Source: a virus
DNA: 64,000 nucleotides
Virus record (IMG/VR): IMGVR_UViG_3300042861_001913
Strand: one strand, 5' to 3'
The notes beneath the pieces are model-generated. The model had not been told where the DNA came from. It saw only the letters and a list, made by a program, of their open reading frames with translations, and searched no databases. Both the position numbers and the translations under genes were made by a program. Shown here in pieces: positions 53,746-62,750 of this stretch (within the stretch, counting starts at the first letter, position 1; every line of letters begins with the position of its first letter).

Positions 53746-54327
53746 CTACATTACTGATTTAATTGCAGCTACAATATAAGCTACATCATTATCAGCATAG
53801 CGATATCTTTTATCATAAACCTTATTACCTTTAATGGGTGATCTACCTTTGCTGACGCGATACACAGTTGCAGTACGTCTTGTAACTTGATTAACTTGTA
53901 ATTGAGTTAGCGCGAACCCATTATCACGAATATAGTCTTGTGCAGTTACTGGATCATGAGTTATGTTAGCATCAGTTATTTCAGTGATTCCAAGATGCTC
54001 ATAGCTTGCGCCATCATAACTAGTTAAAGGTAATTCACGTTTAACTCTAAATGATTCTACAATTAATGTATTAACTTCATTCTTATTCTGACGTTTAGTT
54101 AACCCAGTTAATAGTACAGCTTGTTGTTTATTGAATAAATAGTAGATGTTACCACCCTTACCTGTACTCTGTTTAGCTATAGTTACTTTACTTAATTCAC
54201 CATAGAACTCAAACTTAGTTAAGTTAACTCTAACTAACTTACGAACATGATCATGAGTAATATTAAGTGTGTTAGCTAGAACACGACTATCTACAGTTAG
54301 AATACCATTGTTATTAACTAGTTGCAT
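53746..54327 (-). CDS. Rha-like regulatory protein (P5) with the family C-terminal module
   Basis: MQLVNNNGILTVDSRVLANTLNITHDHVRKLV is Rha-type. The C-terminus DYIRDNGFALTQLQVNQVTRRTATVYRVSKGRSP aligns with P1-P4. Confidence 0.6.
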   Translation of the reverse strand: MQLVNNNGILTVDSRVLANTLNITHDHVRKLVRVNLTKFEFYGELSKVTIAKQSTGKGGNIYYLFNKQQAVLLTGLTKRQNKNEVNTLIVESFRVKRELPLTSYDGASYEHLGITEITDANITHDPVTAQDYIRDNGFALTQLQVNQVTRRTATVYRVSKGRSPIKGNKVYDKRYRYADNDVAYIVAAIKSVM

Positions 54328-54395
54328 AACTCTAAATTCCTTGATGTTAGTTGATGTGATGTTAAGTTAGTTTAGTAACATAACTTAGGTTAAGT

Positions 54396-54494
54396 TAATT
54401 AATCTTGAACTAATCTAATTGCGGCAATAATACTAGATATAAAAGCCTGATCATGATTCCCCTCAACGCCAATTAAAACATATTTCCGACTCAC
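54396..54494 (-). pseudogene. 32-codon remnant resembling the N-terminus of a Toprim/DUF4435-type nuclease partner
   Basis: GTGA overlap with the AAA ATPase stop. The hand translation VSRKYVLIGVEGNHDQAFISSIIAAIRLVQD has the beta-strand plus EG..D start typical of Toprim-like partners, then stops. Confidence 0.3.
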
Positions 54495-55627
54495 CAACGC
54501 ACCTCCTGACCTAATTCTTCTCTTAAACGTCTTAATCTATGTCCATCATGTCTAACTACTTTTGTTTTTCCTTCCTTTGGTTCTAAGCGATAAAGCACTA
54601 AATCTGAATCTGATTCAGTTACTTCTAATAAAGCATCAACAGCTTCCAAACTATGGGTAGTTGCAAATAATTGAACATCCATTTCTGTACACCATTTAAC
54701 TAACCATTGAAAAGAGCTTTGTAAGGCTTCTGTGTGAATCGTTGATTCCAATTCATCAATTAAAAGAATACCACCTTTGACGCTGGCAAGTTTAAGAGCT
54801 ATATGTAATAAGCGACGAATACCATCACCAAAGGTGCTAACCGGTGCAAGTCCTAGTTTTTTATGTTGAATATAAATATTGAATCGAGAACTCATAGATT
54901 CTGGAGGTAACAAAATTTCTATATCAGAAATATTGTTATCCATCTGTTGTAATAATTTCACTACATCTGCCTTAAAATATTGATGTGTTGCTTCTGAAAG
55001 TAATCGAAATTGACCAACTTCTGAACGATGAGATGATGGTGTTACTACAGATGTCCTTAGACTTGGTTCTCTCTTTCCAGATAATCTATAAAAACGTTCA
55101 TCCTCCCATAGCGGAAAATTTGTAGGTTCACCAAGTAAACTTAATTGATAATCATCTAGAGATACCTCTATTTTTAGATTAATTCCCTTCCTAGCTCTCG
55201 GTGTATCTTCATTTTCAATTTCTTCTTCGTTGCTAATATTTCTGATATTGCTTTCCTCCGATAACGATATTTGCTCCATTTCTTCATAGCTTGCTATTAA
55301 CTTCTTTACAGAAAATAAACCAGTGCTAGAAATAAGAATAATAGGTTTATCAGGTTCTACAATAGATGCAGAATTATGTGTAAATAACCACTTTATAGCA
55401 TCCAGTAGACGAATACGATATACTCCAATATCCTGCTCTCGTTGATTTGCTGTACTCAGCCACACTTTAATATCTAATGGATGACAGTAGACAGATAATG
55501 CTTCTAGAACACTAGTTTTCCCTGAGTTGTTAAGACCCACAAGCAGGTTAATCCGTCCGAGATCCTTTAGTTCTAAGTCTCGAAGTCCTCTAAATTGATG
55601 AATTGTGACGGTTTCTAAATTTCTCAT
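54491..55627 (-). CDS. AAA_15/AAA_21-type ABC-like ATPase (defence-module-like)
   Basis: FRGLRDLEL..INLLVGLNNSGKTSVLEAL (Walker A), ILLIDELESTIH (Walker B) and FATTHS. Composition and codon choice differ from the neighbours. Confidence 0.75.
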   Translation of the reverse strand: MRNLETVTIHQFRGLRDLELKDLGRINLLVGLNNSGKTSVLEALSVYCHPLDIKVWLSTANQREQDIGVYRIRLLDAIKWLFTHNSASIVEPDKPIILISSTGLFSVKKLIASYEEMEQISLSEESNIRNISNEEEIENEDTPRARKGINLKIEVSLDDYQLSLLGEPTNFPLWEDERFYRLSGKREPSLRTSVVTPSSHRSEVGQFRLLSEATHQYFKADVVKLLQQMDNNISDIEILLPPESMSSRFNIYIQHKKLGLAPVSTFGDGIRRLLHIALKLASVKGGILLIDELESTIHTEALQSSFQWLVKWCTEMDVQLFATTHSLEAVDALLEVTESDSDLVLYRLEPKEGKTKVVRHDGHRLRRLREELGQEVRW

Positions 55628-55674
55628 AGACTTATTTTAGCTCAAGCTGTATACCATAGATTATTTTTCTTACC

Positions 55675-57114
55675 TTATACGTTATCGTCATTAATTACTA
55701 CTTCATCTTCATCATCTATCAAGCTATCTAAATCTTCAGCAGCTTGTCCAGTAACTGTACTAAATACAGTTCCATCTGGTTCAACAATGTTAATAATCTT
55801 AATATCCATATCGTTAATTAATCCTATTTTAGTTATTTCACGTATTGTTCGATTGATGTAGTGATCATAATTAATGTTGTGGTCATCAGCATCATAATAA
55901 TCATTGAACAATGTTACTACATTACCACTAGCATATACAACTTCTTTCTCACCTTGATACTCGATTGTCTCATATACAGCAGGTATATTAACTCTATCGG
56001 ATACCTTAGTTGTGAAGTTCTTCATACGACCACTAGCGGGATTAATGCGTCGTTCTGTCTCATATACAGCAGGAATTATGATGCGTTCACTAACTAATCT
56101 CTTCTCCCTCTTAGTACCTATAGTGACCTTCTTGAGTATGATATCGCGTCCAGTAGGATTACTCACAAAGAATCTGAGTGTCTTCTGTAACTCAGTTCGT
56201 TCAGTTACTAATCCATCTTCAATTAGATAGGAGTAATTAGTAAACTGACTACCTACTTTCTGACTAATACAGAAGTCATATATGTCCTTGTGACCTCGAA
56301 TAAAGTCATTTGGATGTATTCCTTCTAAATAATATTTCTGCAAGGCTAGAGCTACAATTGGAGCATCAAAGCCCTTAAGAATACCGTTAATTGGAAGATA
56401 CTTACCATTACTGCTAGGTAAATCGTAAGAAAAAAGAGGTTCAAGTGTTGCTCCCTGTGGAACGAAACTACCCTTAATCTTAACTGTACCGTCAGTTTTA
56501 CGCGCTAAATAATTATTGACATCTCGGCGTACATATAAATCATACTCAGCATATTCAAAAGTAAACTTAGTTTCAGTTTCCCATTCCTCAATAATTGACT
56601 TAACTGAATCTACTTCTAACTTATGGATGTACAACAATATACCATCTGTATTAACAGATATGATATTGTGGTTAGCTAAATGTAACCGTTCTATTATCTG
56701 TAATAGAAATAGTTGATTGTTAACAGTTGTTTTGTAAGTACATAACAAATCACTTAAAAGGAAATTAGCGTATCCAAACAAACCAAAACACGAATTGAGC
56801 GATATCTTGAGTCCGTACTCTAATGCAGCATATATTACACTTTCTTTCTTACGTTTCTTATATGCCTTACGATCATTAAGTGCATCAAGTAATGTCTCAA
56901 TAAATAATTCTAAATCTAAGTGTTCTGGTGCAATACCGTAGTTAATAATAGCTGATGGGTAAAATGAGACGATATCCGCATCTAATAATACGTAGTCGTT
57001 TTCAGCTTTGAATATCCCTGGTTTATCAACACTATGTAAACCTCCAAGCCCAAGTTGGATTGTTAAATCACCTATTGTTACGGGTGGTAATTTAAGATCA
57101 AAGTTTTTACTCAT
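55675..57114 (-). CDS. family B DNA polymerase, polymerase-domain ORF
   Basis: DADIVSFYPSAI (motif A), KISLNSCFGLFGY (motif B) and SVNTDGILLY (motif C). Confidence 0.8.
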   Translation of the reverse strand: MSKNFDLKLPPVTIGDLTIQLGLGGLHSVDKPGIFKAENDYVLLDADIVSFYPSAIINYGIAPEHLDLELFIETLLDALNDRKAYKKRKKESVIYAALEYGLKISLNSCFGLFGYANFLLSDLLCTYKTTVNNQLFLLQIIERLHLANHNIISVNTDGILLYIHKLEVDSVKSIIEEWETETKFTFEYAEYDLYVRRDVNNYLARKTDGTVKIKGSFVPQGATLEPLFSYDLPSSNGKYLPINGILKGFDAPIVALALQKYYLEGIHPNDFIRGHKDIYDFCISQKVGSQFTNYSYLIEDGLVTERTELQKTLRFFVSNPTGRDIILKKVTIGTKREKRLVSERIIIPAVYETERRINPASGRMKNFTTKVSDRVNIPAVYETIEYQGEKEVVYASGNVVTLFNDYYDADDHNINYDHYINRTIREITKIGLINDMDIKIINIVEPDGTVFSTVTGQAAEDLDSLIDDEDEVVINDDNV

Positions 57115-57905
57115 GTTAGCTTTATCTCTTTTAATTGAGTTAGATATTCCTGAAGTTGCGGTGTCTTAAATGTAATAGCTGGATTAATTACATCCTTGAA
57201 ATCAATAGTCTTTCTAACTGTCCTACCATACTTAATCTTCTTAACATCAATATTAGGATTCTTAGCTTTAACTTTATCAACATATAACTTACGGAATAAT
57301 TCCTTACCTATTCCAGAATCACTTAAACTATTTAGATTAAGCTTATAACTCTCACTTAATAACTCACGCATCTCTAGTCGAGGTTTAAGATACTCAAGTA
57401 CCTTATAAGTTATATCAAGATCATTCTTGTTGTAATCAATAAGTAAGTTAAGTTGATCTGGTCTAACTTCATCTAGATAATGTATGGGTAAATCTTGTAT
57501 TCTATGATGTTTAAGATTAACTCCACACATCTTGAGCGACGTGGTGTTAAATCCAGCACGTAGAACTTCTAATACATCGTAAGAAACAAAGGGGAGGTCA
57601 TACCTATATGGATTGCGGTCGCCATTAATTAGAGTTTGTGCAAATTCCCACAATTCTAACTTACTGATATTAGGATGACGTAAAAGATGCACTAATACAG
57701 CATCGTCAAAGTTCCATCCATTGAAGCTAATTAATATAGAATTAGTTGCAATGAAGTTAGCTAAATCGCGCCTATCATCAGTATCGTCATACCATAGATA
57801 AGTCTTATATTCACTAGTTGCAAGTGAATAAGTAGTTAAGCAAAATAGGTTCTTGTATATCTCAATATCATATACATAACCATTGTCATATAATTTCTCT
57901 AACAT
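57111..57905 (-). CDS. family B DNA polymerase, 3'-5' exonuclease-domain ORF
   Basis: YDIEIY (Exo I), FNGWNFDDAVL (Exo II) and DYNKNDLDITY (Exo III). Its stop overlaps the next ORF's start as ATGA. Confidence 0.75.
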   Translation of the reverse strand: MLEKLYDNGYVYDIEIYKNLFCLTTYSLATSEYKTYLWYDDTDDRRDLANFIATNSILISFNGWNFDDAVLVHLLRHPNISKLELWEFAQTLINGDRNPYRYDLPFVSYDVLEVLRAGFNTTSLKMCGVNLKHHRIQDLPIHYLDEVRPDQLNLLIDYNKNDLDITYKVLEYLKPRLEMRELLSESYKLNLNSLSDSGIGKELFRKLYVDKVKAKNPNIDVKKIKYGRTVRKTIDFKDVINPAITFKTPQLQEYLTQLKEIKLT

Positions 57906-58008
57906 ACTAGTCCCATATTATAAAGTTCTTATCTTCGTGATCATAAACCTTACTAAACAACTTAAATTGCGGCGTATCATTAATTGCGCCATCTAATGAA
58001 GTTAAAAC

Positions 58009-58347
58009 TTATGAAGGTTCTACCAACCATATATTATCTACAACTATTGGTGTTTTTAAATGAATGGGAATGTCATCTTCGTCGTCCCATTCATAGTTAA
58101 TTAAAGTAATATTGATATTATCATTCTCAATTACTATGTCATAATATCCATCTAAATCATCATTAATTGAACACGTTAACTTACTATCAATAATGCTGCA
58201 ACAATTAAGTTTGATAAAACTATCATCATCTAACTGTAGTTTAAATAAATCACAGTGTAATTCAACTCTATTGATTGATGTAAGAAAAATAAGTAACTTA
58301 TCAACTACTTCTTTTAATTGTTTAATTATAGACATGGATATTTCCAA
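58009..58347 (-). CDS. hypothetical acidic protein
   Basis: 112-aa ORF. Confidence 0.4.
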   Translation of the reverse strand: MEISMSIIKQLKEVVDKLLIFLTSINRVELHCDLFKLQLDDDSFIKLNCCSIIDSKLTCSINDDLDGYYDIVIENDNINITLINYEWDDEDDIPIHLKTPIVVDNIWLVEPS

Positions 58348-58497
58348 TTCATGTACTTAACGTAATCATCTTTAGTAACTTCAGTTGTTAATACTAAGTC
58401 ACCTTCTGCAAATTCATTAATGTTATCTCCAGTAATAACACTAATACTATAACTACCATCTTCGTAATCGTATCTAACGTACATAAAGTTTCACCTA

Positions 58498-58523
58498 TGA
58501 AAAAGCCCGCGATTAACGGGCTA
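58498..58523 (-). terminator. rho-independent terminator (AGCCCG ttaatcg CGGGCT TTTT on the minus strand)
   Basis: A GC-rich 6-bp stem in AT-rich surroundings, 25 nt downstream of the stop of 58548..59066. Confidence 0.55.
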
Positions 58524-58547
58524 ACTAATTTATGTGATTGATGAGAA

Positions 58548-59066
58548 CTACATCTCTTTTTTCTTACGCAATATAGGTTTTTCAATTAATTGTGTTTCGT
58601 AAATTAAGCTACTATCAATAATCTCAAGTCGTTTACCATTAACAGTAGCATTAATATCATATAACTTTAATACTGCATTACCATCACTAACACGTCCATT
58701 GAGTTTAATAGTTTGATAATTTCTACCATACTGTAATCTAACAATTAGATAGTTATGATTGAGATTCTCAAATATTACCCTACCAATAATGTTAACTACA
58801 TCTAGTTCTACATTAGGTTGATCAATAACTCTACCAATTATAGTGAATGATAGATATGGAGTTTGTGTATCACTCTGATTATAGATAGCTACATTATTAG
58901 TATTAGGTACTAAAATTAGTTCATTGCTTTCAGCCAAGTCTAGTTCATCATTATCTACTAGATATTGTACTTTTTGACTCAGTGTACATGGATAAGTGCT
59001 GCCAAATGCAGTTAGTGTACCGTTACAATAAGTCGCTGTCGTGATTACTCGTGCTTTCTGTTTCAT
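58548..59066 (-). CDS. hypothetical protein (internal IIGRVI duplication)
   Basis: 172-aa ORF lying between the helicase and the polymerase. No confident motif. Confidence 0.4.
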   Translation of the reverse strand: MKQKARVITTATYCNGTLTAFGSTYPCTLSQKVQYLVDNDELDLAESNELILVPNTNNVAIYNQSDTQTPYLSFTIIGRVIDQPNVELDVVNIIGRVIFENLNHNYLIVRLQYGRNYQTIKLNGRVSDGNAVLKLYDINATVNGKRLEIIDSSLIYETQLIEKPILRKKKEM

Positions 59067-60810
59067 ATAGATTCAAGTGTTCCGGTTTAAATGTTCTATC
59101 GGGCATATTGTCTAGTGTAATCATGTGATAACTATTCTCCCTATCTACTTTTCTAAATTCAATGTTGATTACTTTATTTATAATAGCAGGTTCTTCTATA
59201 ACTTGTACAGTATCTCCTACTTTAAATTCACATGGGTTTAGTAATAACACAAGTTTATTACGTTCATCATTAGTTAACTTAGCTTGAACGTCTTTACGCT
59301 CGGTAATAGTAAGTGATTTAACCAGTTCTTTAACTGCATCAACTCCATCATCAATAGCTGCAACTAACTTAACTTTAATTACTTCTAACTCACTTTGATA
59401 TAACGCTGCTACACGTTCTTTCTCTTCAGCTTTATATTTCTTATCTGCCTCAGCTTCTAGATATACAGTCATCCATGATTCTCCACTACTATCAATAGCA
59501 TATATAAATGCTCTGTTATTACCGACATAACGTATGATACCTTCAGTAGATGTCATATCGTTGAGTCGCTTAACTACATCATTACGAGATGCGGCAGTTA
59601 GTTCGACTATATCATTAAGTGTTAACCCATAGACTTTAACCTCAGTATCCTCTACATCAACTTCATCACGCCATTGTTCCCATCGTTCAAATAATAATCG
59701 CAGTATTTGATTCTGTAATTCAATATTCTCAATTGATAATACTGATTCCTTAAGTACCTTAAAGTACCAATAGTTAGCTTCATCTTTCTCGAATAATAAA
59801 CTTAACTTAATAGGTTCACCATCACGAGGTATGGTGTGAACATTAACAGTACCATCATCAGCAGCAAACATACTCCATACACCATCATTAGCGCGAGTTA
59901 AGGCACTAGATCCTGCCACACCATTCATCATACCAGTACGATTATTAGCGTTAGCCATCTTAGTATTATGGTGCAGTAGAAGAATACTGAATCCATGTTC
60001 CTGAGCTAATGATTGTAACTTATAGAGCGCACTTGGTACTTCAGGACTATATTCTGTATAACCTGATACCTTGAGACTAGCCGCTAATGTATCAATAATA
60101 ATAAGATTGATATTCTTCTCTTTAACTATATCTAGTATCTTAGTTTGATCTAATACAATATCTACATTACGAGTTACTATTAACTTCTCACTATTAATGA
60201 GTTCCTTATATAACTCAGGTTCTTCTAACTCAAGTAACTGTAAACCGTGATCATAGATACGATTTATAGTAGTACCATCAATAGGTTCTTCGTTCTCAAT
60301 AAATAGAACATTGCCCGCAGTAGATTCTCTATTGAGAAATGGTGTACCTCTAGCTACAGCAACCGCCGCATGAGTAGCTAAATTAGTTTTCCCTACCTTT
60401 GGACTAGCAACTACCATTATGAGTTGACCAAATTTAAGTAGTCCCTTAAATATCCATTGAGTAGCTTTATCTTTACGTAAGTTAAGTAACTCAGCTAACG
60501 TATAGAGTTTGATCTCTTGTTGCTCTACGCTATATACTTGAATTAACTGTTCAATGTCTTTCTTATCTGTTACAAACTTAGACATCCATTCAGTTAATTG
60601 AGCTTTAATTCTCTTCTGTTTAAGTAATGATTCAGAACTTGTCATTACAGCAATACGTTTACGAAATTCACTTTCTAATAGTGTATTAAAATCAGTTTCT
60701 ATTTCATCTGGTGTTTTATCATAATCAGAACAATCTCGATGAATTACCTCGTCTCTAAGTTGCGGTGTTAGTTCCAACAACATCTGTAAATAAATGTTGT
60801 AATCTTGCAT
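59023..60810 (-). CDS. replicative helicase-like P-loop ATPase (AAA_25/RepA-DnaB-like)
   Basis: VVASPKVGKTNLATH (Walker A), LIIIDTLAASLK (Walker B) and LLLHHNTK. It lies next to the primase. Confidence 0.7.
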   Translation of the reverse strand: MQDYNIYLQMLLELTPQLRDEVIHRDCSDYDKTPDEIETDFNTLLESEFRKRIAVMTSSESLLKQKRIKAQLTEWMSKFVTDKKDIEQLIQVYSVEQQEIKLYTLAELLNLRKDKATQWIFKGLLKFGQLIMVVASPKVGKTNLATHAAVAVARGTPFLNRESTAGNVLFIENEEPIDGTTINRIYDHGLQLLELEEPELYKELINSEKLIVTRNVDIVLDQTKILDIVKEKNINLIIIDTLAASLKVSGYTEYSPEVPSALYKLQSLAQEHGFSILLLHHNTKMANANNRTGMMNGVAGSSALTRANDGVWSMFAADDGTVNVHTIPRDGEPIKLSLLFEKDEANYWYFKVLKESVLSIENIELQNQILRLLFERWEQWRDEVDVEDTEVKVYGLTLNDIVELTAASRNDVVKRLNDMTSTEGIIRYVGNNRAFIYAIDSSGESWMTVYLEAEADKKYKAEEKERVAALYQSELEVIKVKLVAAIDDGVDAVKELVKSLTITERKDVQAKLTNDERNKLVLLLNPCEFKVGDTVQVIEEPAIINKVINIEFRKVDRENSYHMITLDNMPDRTFKPEHLNLYETESTSNHDSDLL

Positions 60811-61588
60811 ATAGAAGTTCCTTTATATTATGTGTACCTACCAAATCAGCTATATCACCACCATCATCAGATGTAACATCATCAAGAGGTACAAGATAAA
60901 ATGGTTTACCAAGTGACCATGCTACATATTTAATTAAGTCAGATTTAACTTTACCGATTTTATCATTATCTGGAAGATAAATAATTCCAGTTATATGAGG
61001 ATTACTTAACTGTGCGAATAGATAATTATTACTCCATCCAAATGAAGGGGGTGATAGTGTTAACCATCCAGTAATTGAACTAACTATATCTGCACATTTC
61101 TCACCTTCAGCAATTAAAACACTACCATTAGTTATGTATCTTTGATTAAATAGACTTGTATTCTTACCTCTACCATATATCCATTGATTACCAACCTTAT
61201 ATTTAGGAAACAATTGCTTACTACCACCACTATCAACTCGTTCAACAATAAATTCATCAGAGTAAGAAAAATAAGTGATGCGGCGATCTCCTATTTGATA
61301 TTGTTTAGCTAACTGATAATGGGGCGGACTAACCATGAGTGCATCAAACTTAGTTATTGTAGGTTGTTTAATAACTAATGTTGATGGCGTAATTATGCCA
61401 CTAGAACTAGATAAACCAAGAGCTGTTCTAATTTGAGCAGTTGAACAATTCTCAGTTACACATAAGTATGCCCAATCTAGTTTCTTATACTTTAATTTGC
61501 CACCACAACTAGGACACTTATAACATATCTCAGTTGCTAATTCACTTAATATTTCTAACTTACAATCAGCTAGATTAAATTTAGGCAT
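60755..61588 (-). CDS. DNA primase (zinc finger plus Toprim)
   Basis: CYKCPSCGG...C..ENC zinc-binding motif, Toprim LIAEGEKCADIV, and YLPDNDKIGK. Confidence 0.65.
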   Translation of the reverse strand: MPKFNLADCKLEILSELATEICYKCPSCGGKLKYKKLDWAYLCVTENCSTAQIRTALGLSSSSGIITPSTLVIKQPTITKFDALMVSPPHYQLAKQYQIGDRRITYFSYSDEFIVERVDSGGSKQLFPKYKVGNQWIYGRGKNTSLFNQRYITNGSVLIAEGEKCADIVSSITGWLTLSPPSFGWSNNYLFAQLSNPHITGIIYLPDNDKIGKVKSDLIKYVAWSLGKPFYLVPLDDVTSDDGGDIADLVGTHNIKELLYARLQHLFTDVVGTNTAT

Positions 61589-61589
61589 A

Positions 61590-61796
61590 TTAAATTATGC
61601 AAATATTTAAGTCTATTATGTATTGAGTTAACTCATCAATAGTAAACTCATTAGCATCACCGTCTAATAGCCGTTGATAAACTACTGTCATTTGAGTTTT
61701 TAAATCATCTAGTTTCTCATTATCGTCAAATGAACATTCTGCAAACTCTAAACCAATTAACAATAACGCTTCTAATTGATCTTTACTTATGTGCAT
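61590..61796 (-). CDS. hypothetical small protein
   Basis: 68-aa ORF. Confidence 0.35.
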   Translation of the reverse strand: MHISKDQLEALLLIGLEFAECSFDDNEKLDDLKTQMTVVYQRLLDGDANEFTIDELTQYIIDLNICII

Positions 61797-62088
61797 GATG
61801 AACTACTCCATGTATTGTTAATCTATGTTCTATATCACCTTTATAATCAATTAGAGTTACTAGAACTTCATCTCCTTCAAGTACCATATCTATAATGTAG
61901 TTATTATATGATGAACTTAATTGAAATAAGTCATACGTCTCATCTTTAATTAACTTAACTAACTTATCTAAATGTTCTTCTAATTCAGGTGTTAATTGCA
62001 TAATACTTCTCAATGTAATTTCTATCTTTAGTAAACTCAGGTATTTCATTATCAATAATCCAACTACTTCTAGTTGTATCACCGACAT
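61783..62088 (-). CDS. hypothetical small protein
   Basis: The likely true start is the internal ATG near 61998 (MQLTPELEEHL), which reduces the overlap with the Thg1-like gene. Confidence 0.35.
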   Translation of the reverse strand: MSVIQLEVVGLLIMKYLSLLKIEITLRSIMQLTPELEEHLDKLVKLIKDETYDLFQLSSSYNNYIIDMVLEGDEVLVTLIDYKGDIEHRLTIHGVVHHAHK

Positions 62089-62713
62089 TATAATAACTTT
62101 TAACTACACATCTACCACGTTTATTTGAAGTAGATAAATCATTCCAGTTATAGCCTTGTTGAAAACATAACTCTTGTACTTCACTTGTTTTCTTACCTTG
62201 AAGTTGTTTATGTGGTATTAGAGATTGACCTAGTGTATTAATTGAATTTCTAACTTGATCTTTCTGTCTCCAGATAAAGTAATTACATACATCAGATTCA
62301 GGTATATTAAAACTTCTACTATCAAAATAAGCACGTTTAATATCACCATTCCAAATTAAGTTACTATTAACTGTAAATTCAACACTTGCAATAGCGGCAC
62401 TTATTGATTCTATTTTAGATTGATTATAGTTAAACCATGCTTCACTAGTTATCTCTTTATAGTCATGTAATAGTAAACTTATTTCATCTGATTGAATATA
62501 AGCAACTTGTACATCTTGAATTTCCTCACATAACTTAATAGCTGTTAAATTCATAACATTAATTAAGTTAGCATCAAACTTATTCTTCAATGGTTTAGTG
62601 TATGTATGAAACGCTTTACCATCGAGACGTATGATAACAGGTGTACGTCTAGTTAAATAGTGAGTACATCTACTCTCGTAATAACCTTTAATTCTATCTC
62701 CAAGTGAATCCAT
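61985..62713 (-). CDS. Thg1-like protein (tRNA-His guanylyltransferase family, 3'-5' nucleotidyltransferase)
   Basis: IIRLDGKAFHTY, VAYIQSDEISLL, FDSRSFNIPESDVCNYFIWRQKDQVRNSI and LQGKK line up with the Thg1 blocks VRLDGRNFHRF, AYGQSDEYSF and FDGRVV..YLSWRQ.DCHINN. Confidence 0.8.
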   Translation of the reverse strand: MDSLGDRIKGYYESRCTHYLTRRTPVIIRLDGKAFHTYTKPLKNKFDANLINVMNLTAIKLCEEIQDVQVAYIQSDEISLLLHDYKEITSEAWFNYNQSKIESISAAIASVEFTVNSNLIWNGDIKRAYFDSRSFNIPESDVCNYFIWRQKDQVRNSINTLGQSLIPHKQLQGKKTSEVQELCFQQGYNWNDLSTSNKRGRCVVKSYYNVGDTTRSSWIIDNEIPEFTKDRNYIEKYYAINT

Positions 62714-62750
62714 AATAGTACAGGGGTTAATTAACCCCTAGTTAAAGTGT

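Noticed and set aside
1086-58585. Short ORFs in the track that lie antisense to, or out of frame within, much longer ORFs. They are 1086-1346, 2604-2795, 3563-3772, 6468-6683, 10655-10972, 10979-11164, 10984-11172, 15629-16063, 16808-17002, 19781-19966, 20705-20899, 24315-24545, 27030-27215, 28916-29146, 33987-34190, 35269-35478, 36445-36633, 37347-37541, 38971-39189, 40125-40307, 43138-43356, 45444-45839, 49117-49362, 55861-56097, 56012-56230, 56516-56716 and 58394-58585.
   Set aside because: Each is fully embedded in a longer ORF that has recognisable motifs or family membership. Their translations are low-complexity and Leu/Ser/Cys-rich, typical of shadow frames. 58394-58585 also spans a terminator hairpin.
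49466-60810. Inteins in the RNR, polymerase or helicase genes.
   Set aside because: The protein lengths match intein-free homologs. No Cys/Ser...HN-Cys/Ser/Thr splice-junction blocks or LAGLIDADG/HNH inserts were seen.
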